Assembly (NCBI GenBank): GCA_031546705.1
Contig: JAVBJX010000026.1
Span: 13,604 to 77,603, forward strand
Source: Bacillales bacterium
Lineage (GTDB): Bacteria; Bacillota; Bacilli; Bacillales; JAVBJX01
DNA: 64,000 bases
Direction: 5' to 3'
How positions within the stretch are numbered: position 1 is the first letter of the stretch; each line of letters opens with the position of its first letter. Of this stretch, positions 58,623-64,000 are shown one piece after another. The translations under genes and the position numbers were made by a program. The notes beneath the pieces were generated by a model. It made no database searches and had not been told where the DNA came from. It saw only the letters and a list, made by a program, of their open reading frames with translations.

Positions 58623-58683
58623 TGTTGAGGATTGGTTCACTAAAACATTGATTTTACAGGGTTTTAGTAACCAATTCTCGACA
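58623..58683 (+). repeat. dispersed hairpin repeat copy 4 (15-bp stem, conserved loop)
   Basis: TGTTGAGGATTGGTT (58623-58637) pairs with AACCAATTCTCGACA (58669-58683): 13 Watson-Crick pairs plus 2 G-U. The loop is CACTAAAACATTGATTTTACAGGGTTTTAGT. Confidence 0.75.
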
Positions 58684-58727
58684 GTAGTAGAGGGTTTTAT
58701 GGTTATTATATGTTCAGAAATATGCAC

Positions 58728-59855
58728 TTACCCTTTCTTCATCCAATGCCCCAAATCATTTTTCTTCAACACATCTTCCAATAATTGTGGCAATAAGTTC
58801 GGTGTACAACCAAAACAAGGAATTCCTATTCTTCCTAATTTCTGGGCGTTTCCTTCATGATATACAGGAATTCCCTTATCAGAAAGTGCTAATAAAGCAA
58901 TTACCTTCACCCCAGATTCGTGCATTTCTCTCATCCTCTTTAACATCCCAGCTTGATTTCCAAACTCATATAAATCAGAAACCAAAATAAAAATCGTCTT
59001 TAGTGGGTCTGTAATGAACGGCTCACAATATTGTAGAGATTTATGAATATCCGTTCCACCACCAAGTTGAATACCAAACAACATATCAACAGGGTCGGCT
59101 TTGCTTTGTTCTGTTAAATCAACTACCTCTGTATCAAAAACAACGACATGTGTTTTTAATGCAGGTAAACTTGCAAAAATTGATCCAATAATCGAAGCAT
59201 AAATTGCTGATTCTGCCATAGAGCCACTTTGATCAATATCTAAAATAATTGTCCAGTGACTTTGTTTTCTTGCTCGATCAAAGAAATAAAAGCGTTCAGG
59301 AATAACAATTTTTCTTTCCTTATCATAATTTTTTAAATTACGATTAATCGTGTATTTCCAATCAATACTTTGTGCTCCACTTGGTAAAGGGGAGTGACTT
59401 TTTTTATTTATTGCACCTTTGACGGCTTGACGAATATCATTTTCTAGTAGTTGTTTAACTTCTTCCACAAGTAATCGGACTAATTCTCTTGCACTATCTT
59501 TTGTTTTTTCAGGAATTTTACCTTTTAATGAAATGAGTGTAGCGACCATTTCAATACTAGGTTTGACACTACTTAGCATTTCAGGTTCAAAGAGTAGTTG
59601 GGTTAATCCTTTTCGTTCAATAGCATCGTTTTGAATGACGGAAACAACATCGGTTGGAAAAAAGGTGCGTACATCTCCAAGCCATTTTGTTAATGTGATG
59701 GAAGATTTCTCCAGTCCTCCTTGATGGCTATCATCATAAATTGCAGATAGTGCTTCATCCATAATTTGTTCTTCAGCAGTTAATGAATAATGCCCTGAGA
59801 AATTTTTCTCAACTGCTTGTCCAAGAATTAATCGCCAACGTTTTGTTTGTTCCAC
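58728..59855 (-). CDS. VWA-domain protein (YehP/CoxE-like)
   Basis: GTG start 6 nt after GGAGGG. ~190-aa helical N-terminal region, then a VWA domain with MIDAS residues DIDQSGS, GGGTD and VSD. Confidence 0.85.
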   Translation of the reverse strand: MEQTKRWRLILGQAVEKNFSGHYSLTAEEQIMDEALSAIYDDSHQGGLEKSSITLTKWLGDVRTFFPTDVVSVIQNDAIERKGLTQLLFEPEMLSSVKPSIEMVATLISLKGKIPEKTKDSARELVRLLVEEVKQLLENDIRQAVKGAINKKSHSPLPSGAQSIDWKYTINRNLKNYDKERKIVIPERFYFFDRARKQSHWTIILDIDQSGSMAESAIYASIIGSIFASLPALKTHVVVFDTEVVDLTEQSKADPVDMLFGIQLGGGTDIHKSLQYCEPFITDPLKTIFILVSDLYEFGNQAGMLKRMREMHESGVKVIALLALSDKGIPVYHEGNAQKLGRIGIPCFGCTPNLLPQLLEDVLKKNDLGHWMKKG

Positions 59856-59866
59856 ACTATCCCTCC

Positions 59867-62068
59867 TTAGAAATCAAAATCGAATTCATTTAATTGCTCA
59901 AGTAACGCTTCTTCCGCTTCATTTAACGTGCCTGCTAATTGTTCACTAATCAAATCTGTATCCATATTCCATAAATCTCCTAGTGATTCTGCTACTCTTG
60001 TTCGGTCTTCATTGGTAAATGAAGTAAATGCTCTTCTTAAAAAGACAACAGCACGTTGAAATTGTTCATCGGAAAGGGAAGTAACATATTGATCAATTTT
60101 CTCCCAAATGTAAAAGCGAGAAAGCAAGGCGTATTTATTTTTCATACATAATCCTTCAAACCAACCTGTCCCTAAATCAACAGGAACACCCGGTGAAAGT
60201 CGGCGTGATATTTCTTCTGCCAATGTTTGTTGATCTATGTTATTTCTTTCTAGTAGGAGTGTACAAGCATAGCCTGATAATAGCGGATTACGATCATCTC
60301 TTAATGCTAATTCACGCAAAGTATGTGTCCATAGGGCTTCATCTACATGTTCATACAATTCAATTCCTACTGCATTGACTCGTTGAACATGAGTCATCAT
60401 TTCTCGTGCCGCTACATTGTCACAACCAGATGCAGGGAGAAGTAGTAATGTTACTCGTAAAAACAATCTTTCGATAATCGGGATAAATGAGGCTGTATCT
60501 ATTTTGCGGACATCGCCATATTGGATAAGCCTTGCTATTTCATTAATCGCAAGAGCCGTATCATTGAAATCTCCTGCATCAACAGATAATCGTTGTAATG
60601 TTACTTTAGCAGTTTCCATCATCTCCGTCATGCCGCAAATATAGGCGTTATAGGTGATACTAGCCGCTTTTGAAATAGTTTCACACTGGTCAAGATTATT
60701 TTTCAATTGGTAGGCTGTTGCCAAATTTAAAGTTTCACCAAGTAGGGTAGATTCTACTATTTGAATTTCCACTTCTGGTGTCCATTGTACATTCCAATTT
60801 TCCGCCCATGATGCTCGGTCTTGTGATGTACTCGAAGGAATTGCAAATTTAATTCCTAACACTTCTAGTTTATGAAGAAAAAATGAACGGTTTAAATCTA
60901 AAAATGCAGCTTCAACCGATTTAACACGCCGATTTTCACGCAAATCTAATTCTAGTAATTGGATTTCATTTGTTCGATATTTTTCTAATTTTAACCGTTT
61001 TAATTCACGATAAAAATCATCTTGTAACGAAGTTTGACTGACTCCTTCTGGTAGACTTCCAATAGAGTTGCCTACTTCCACTTTTGCACACGCTTGAACA
61101 ATGGAAGAAAAATCTCCACGCCCTAAACAAACAGTTGCCGCATCTCGCAAATCTCGGAGTGTTGGCTTGCTATTGCGAAAGGTGGCTAATGAATGTGCTA
61201 AACGGACACTTTCAATAACTTCTGCTGATGACCGAAAGTTACCAAGTTGTCGCATCTGGATAGCAATGGAAGATAAGAAAAATGTTGGTAAGTCCGTATC
61301 ATTTTGTAGACATTTCCACATCATCGAAAAATAATTCGGGGCATGGTTTCCTGCTCCATATCCAGATAGACTGGATAATTTATAATTGGCATAAGGCATT
61401 AGTGTTAATTTTGTTGGAACAGGCTGAATTAATTTTTCATTAAAGACTTCTGTATCTTCACGCAATCCTTTTATATGAAAAGCTCCTGTCACCACAAATA
61501 CTTTATGTCCAGCTTGTTGCATCATAGTAATTTTCTCTCTCATAAAAGCTTCACGAATTCGATTTCGTTCACTTTCCGCATCAAACGAGCGTAATTGTTC
61601 AGAGAAAGTTGTCAGTGCTCGAACAAATAAGTGAGGTTCTTGAATTTGTTCGAATTGACGCTCCCAAAAAGATTCATAGTCTAATTCGTTAGCAGACTCA
61701 ACAATTTGTTCATAAAAATCCCAAGTTAGTCCATGATTATCAAGATCCTGCGATGGAATAGATAAGGTACTTGGTAAATCAATAAATTCGACATGAACAT
61801 GATGTTTTTTTGCCCATTTGATTGCTTGATATTCTGGTGAATATTCGGCAAGTGGGTAGAGAATTGTTTTTACAGGTAACTGTTGTGTATATGCCATAAT
61901 TGCAATCGGTGGCGTTGTGTTTGTGCGAACGATATCGTTCATTAAATCGCTGGCATCGGATGGTCCTTCAATCAAAACAGCAGTTGGTTTTACTTCGTCT
62001 AGCATCTGGCAAAGATGAAAAGCAGAAGCTGGTGATAAATGGCGAACACCAAAAATATATGGTGTCAT
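59867..62068 (-). CDS. 733-aa protein, DUF5682/YehM-like (N-terminal TraB/TIKI-like motifs, long helical C-terminus)
   Basis: The ATG overlaps the upstream stop (ATGA). N-terminus IFGVRHLSPASAFHLCQMLDEVKPTAVLIEGP resembles my recollection of DUF5682 proteins. See findings for the motif analysis. Confidence 0.65.
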   Translation of the reverse strand: MTPYIFGVRHLSPASAFHLCQMLDEVKPTAVLIEGPSDASDLMNDIVRTNTTPPIAIMAYTQQLPVKTILYPLAEYSPEYQAIKWAKKHHVHVEFIDLPSTLSIPSQDLDNHGLTWDFYEQIVESANELDYESFWERQFEQIQEPHLFVRALTTFSEQLRSFDAESERNRIREAFMREKITMMQQAGHKVFVVTGAFHIKGLREDTEVFNEKLIQPVPTKLTLMPYANYKLSSLSGYGAGNHAPNYFSMMWKCLQNDTDLPTFFLSSIAIQMRQLGNFRSSAEVIESVRLAHSLATFRNSKPTLRDLRDAATVCLGRGDFSSIVQACAKVEVGNSIGSLPEGVSQTSLQDDFYRELKRLKLEKYRTNEIQLLELDLRENRRVKSVEAAFLDLNRSFFLHKLEVLGIKFAIPSSTSQDRASWAENWNVQWTPEVEIQIVESTLLGETLNLATAYQLKNNLDQCETISKAASITYNAYICGMTEMMETAKVTLQRLSVDAGDFNDTALAINEIARLIQYGDVRKIDTASFIPIIERLFLRVTLLLLPASGCDNVAAREMMTHVQRVNAVGIELYEHVDEALWTHTLRELALRDDRNPLLSGYACTLLLERNNIDQQTLAEEISRRLSPGVPVDLGTGWFEGLCMKNKYALLSRFYIWEKIDQYVTSLSDEQFQRAVVFLRRAFTSFTNEDRTRVAESLGDLWNMDTDLISEQLAGTLNEAEEALLEQLNEFDFDF

Positions 62069-63150
62069 TTTGTATTCAACTCACTACAAGATTTATAAAG
62101 TTCCCGCCATTCGCTCCCTTTTTTCTTCATGACATTGTCTAAATACTCTTTCCAGACGGCTTTGTCTTTGTCATCATCTTTCACAATTGCTCCTTGTAAG
62201 CCTGCCGCTAAATCTTCTTCTGAAATTTCTCCACTCCCAAAACTAGCGGCAAGTGCCATACTATTTGTTAAGAGTGAAATAGCTTCTGCTGTCGAAATAA
62301 CACTGCTTGGGGATTTAATTTTTTCTTTGCGATCTAATGTTGCTCCGCTTCGTAATTCCCGAAAAATAGTTACAACTCTTTCCACGACATCATTTGTTGG
62401 CAGTTCGGCTTGTAAATCAAATTGTGTGGCTAAATCACGGACACGTTTTCTAACAATATTCATTTCTGTTTCTAAGTCATTTGGGGTTGGTAACACAATA
62501 ATGTTAAAGCGGCGTTTTAAAGCAGATGACATTTCATTTACACCACGGTCACGAGTATTTGCTGTAGCAATAATCGAAAAGCCACGAACTGCGGATAATT
62601 CTGTACCAAGTTCAGGAATGGAAATATTTTTTTCTGACAAAATGGAGATAAGGGCATCTTGTACTTCTGATGAACAACGAGAAATTTCTTCAAAACGAGC
62701 AATGGATCCTTGTTCCATAGAACGATAAATTGGGCTTTTTACTAATGCTTCTTGTGATGGCCCATTAGCAAGGAGTATGGCGTAGTTCCATGAATAACGG
62801 ACTTGTTCCTCAGTTGTTCCTGCTGTTCCTTGAATAACTTTTCCTGAGTCATTACAAATTGCTGCACTAAGCAGTTCAGATAACATGGATTTTGCTGTCC
62901 CTGGTTCACCAATTAATAATAAAGCTCGGTCTGTTACTAATGTAGCAATTGCCATTTCTACTAGTCTTTGATTGCCAATATATTTAGGCGTTATTTCTTT
63001 TTTGCCACACAATCCCCCTGCAATAAAAGTATAAACAGAGCGAGGGGACATTTGCCATCCTGCTGGAATTTTTCCTTTATCTTCTTTTTTGAGTAGTTCT
63101 ATTTCTTCTGCATACAGTTTTTCTGCAGATAAACGTAAGATGTCAGTCAT
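62065..63150 (-). CDS. MoxR-type AAA+ ATPase (AAA_5, YehL-like)
   Basis: Walker A GEPGTAKS, Walker B-like IARFEEISR, sensor-1 IATAN, Arg-finger region SALKRRF. The likely start is ATG 63150 after GGAAGGAAAG; the track ORF starts at 63186. Confidence 0.85.
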   Translation of the reverse strand: MTDILRLSAEKLYAEEIELLKKEDKGKIPAGWQMSPRSVYTFIAGGLCGKKEITPKYIGNQRLVEMAIATLVTDRALLLIGEPGTAKSMLSELLSAAICNDSGKVIQGTAGTTEEQVRYSWNYAILLANGPSQEALVKSPIYRSMEQGSIARFEEISRCSSEVQDALISILSEKNISIPELGTELSAVRGFSIIATANTRDRGVNEMSSALKRRFNIIVLPTPNDLETEMNIVRKRVRDLATQFDLQAELPTNDVVERVVTIFRELRSGATLDRKEKIKSPSSVISTAEAISLLTNSMALAASFGSGEISEEDLAAGLQGAIVKDDDKDKAVWKEYLDNVMKKKGSEWRELYKSCSELNTK

Positions 63151-64000
63151 TGTTTTCTTTCCTTCCGATTGCTTCTTGAAGTGCATATACTACAACAGCT
63201 TTCCAATTCCAAGCTTCTTGGGTCAATTGTTCTTCGACAAATGCTAAGGTATCTATTTGCTGTTTTGGAGTTAGGTAATCAAAAATAATGCTCGGAGCAT
63301 ATGGATAATAATTTCCTTTTTTTAATTTATCTGTTGCTTGTAAACTTCGATAAAGCACTTGTATTGCAGCTTTGTGTTGTGCTCGAGTTAAAGCGTATAA
63401 AGCCCATCTTGTTAACCCGATTGTTAATTCTGGTCTATTATCTATTTGTTGTAAAATTAGTTGGAGATGTTCTGCATTTATTATTTTGGTTGTCATTTTG
63501 AAGACAAGTTCTTTCTCCGTTAACTTCATTAACAATGAAAGCCACCGTTCATCCCATGTATAATTATTGCCAGGAATACAGTGAGCAGAATACATAGGAT
63601 ACAAAGAACTACTATGTTTGGCTGTAAATAGTAAATCTAATGTTTGTAATAGGGCTTTTGCCACCTTATCTTGCCGACCCTTCTCTACAAACGGAGCATA
63701 CAGTTCAAACAATTGGTTGGGCTTGTTCAATTTAAGAGAAGCATCAAAAGCATAAGAAATAAAAAATGCTTGTTTAGCTTTCAAACTTTTAGGCGGATGG
63801 GTGCCAAGTTGCTCTACATATTGTTCTTGTCCATTGTTTAATAATATTTTTAAAACCATATCAAGGATATCTACACTTATCTTTTTTTCTGGTAATTCTT
63901 TTAAGAATTCAATGGTATCTATTGATAACGTGGAAGATTCTTGCAAACGTCCTATCATCATTGCAAAATGTTCTTCAGTTTGCTCACTTGGATCTTCCGA
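63143..64000 (-). CDS. first gene of the AAA/VWA operon, 3' part (frame still open at the window edge)
   Basis: The track lists 63143-63961, but the codons upstream of that ATG (SEDPSEQTEEHFA) are in frame with no stop up to nt 64000. All-helical repeat-like sequence. Its stop overlaps the ATG of the ATPase gene by 8 nt. Confidence 0.5.
   Translation of the reverse strand, partial: SEDPSEQTEEHFAMMIGRLQESSTLSIDTIEFLKELPEKKISVDILDMVLKILLNNGQEQYVEQLGTHPPKSLKAKQAFFISYAFDASLKLNKPNQLFELYAPFVEKGRQDKVAKALLQTLDLLFTAKHSSSLYPMYSAHCIPGNNYTWDERWLSLLMKLTEKELVFKMTTKIINAEHLQLILQQIDNRPELTIGLTRWALYALTRAQHKAAIQVLYRSLQATDKLKKGNYYPYAPSIIFDYLTPKQQIDTLAFVEEQLTQEAWNWKAVVVYALQEAIGRKENND

Noticed and set aside
62129-62728. 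199-aa + strand ORF antisense to the AAA+ ATPase gene, plus similar long antisense ORFs (1410-1847, 8839-9210, 31802-32203, 45761-46036)
   Set aside because: They lie entirely inside well-supported genes on the other strand. They have no SD and low-complexity Ser/Ala/Ile-rich composition typical of shadow ORFs in AT-rich DNA.

Overview
Low-GC Bacillaceae-type chromosome segment with no rRNA, tRNA, CRISPR, transposase or integrase genes. (1) 1-8.3 kb is the origin-proximal housekeeping block known from Bacillus subtilis: yaaC fragment, dacA, T-box-serS, dck, yaaH/sleL, tadA and SRP RNA scr. Synteny stops right after scr. No dnaX follows; instead there is a decayed histidine-phosphatase fragment and a 980-aa secreted CAP/beta-propeller/Ig-like protein. 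(2) 11.6-34.6 kb is a polyamine/GABA catabolic island wired to sigma-54. It holds two canonical -24/-12 promoters, two enhancer-binding proteins, PatA, an aminoaldehyde dehydrogenase, GabT, GabD, an agmatinase-family ureohydrolase, two GabP-like permeases and two PlaP/PuuP-like permeases, plus a CoA-transferase/acyl-CoA dehydrogenase/DUF3870 operon behind a terminator-containing leader. (3) 34.7-40.7 kb holds one intact chemoreceptor beside a heavily decayed paralogue, a stand-alone DUF262/DUF1524 (GmrSD-type) nuclease, a decayed cupin gene and a MITE-like repeat. (4) 40.9-58.5 kb holds a membrane-protein trio, an RND pump with TetR, AI-2E, GNAT, Rrf2-bdbDC, a two-component system with multicopper oxidase, pirin, a kinase and a divergent XRE pair. 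(5) 58.7-64.0 kb is a translationally coupled minus-strand operon: upstream helical ORF (open at the window edge), MoxR-type AAA+ ATPase, a 733-aa DUF5682-like protein and a VWA protein. From memory this matches the uncharacterised E. coli yehLMPQ set, and it is my best candidate for an undescribed system. The N-terminus of the 733-aa protein carries TraB/TIKI-like hydrolase motifs. Non-genic signals are a dispersed hairpin repeat with a conserved 31-33 nt loop and covarying stems (6 copies), a terminator-like hairpin family, and a 90-bp TIR element with a 7-bp target-site duplication. Several frameshifts sit in homopolymers and could be assembly errors. All family assignments rest on motif reading and memory, because no searches could be run.
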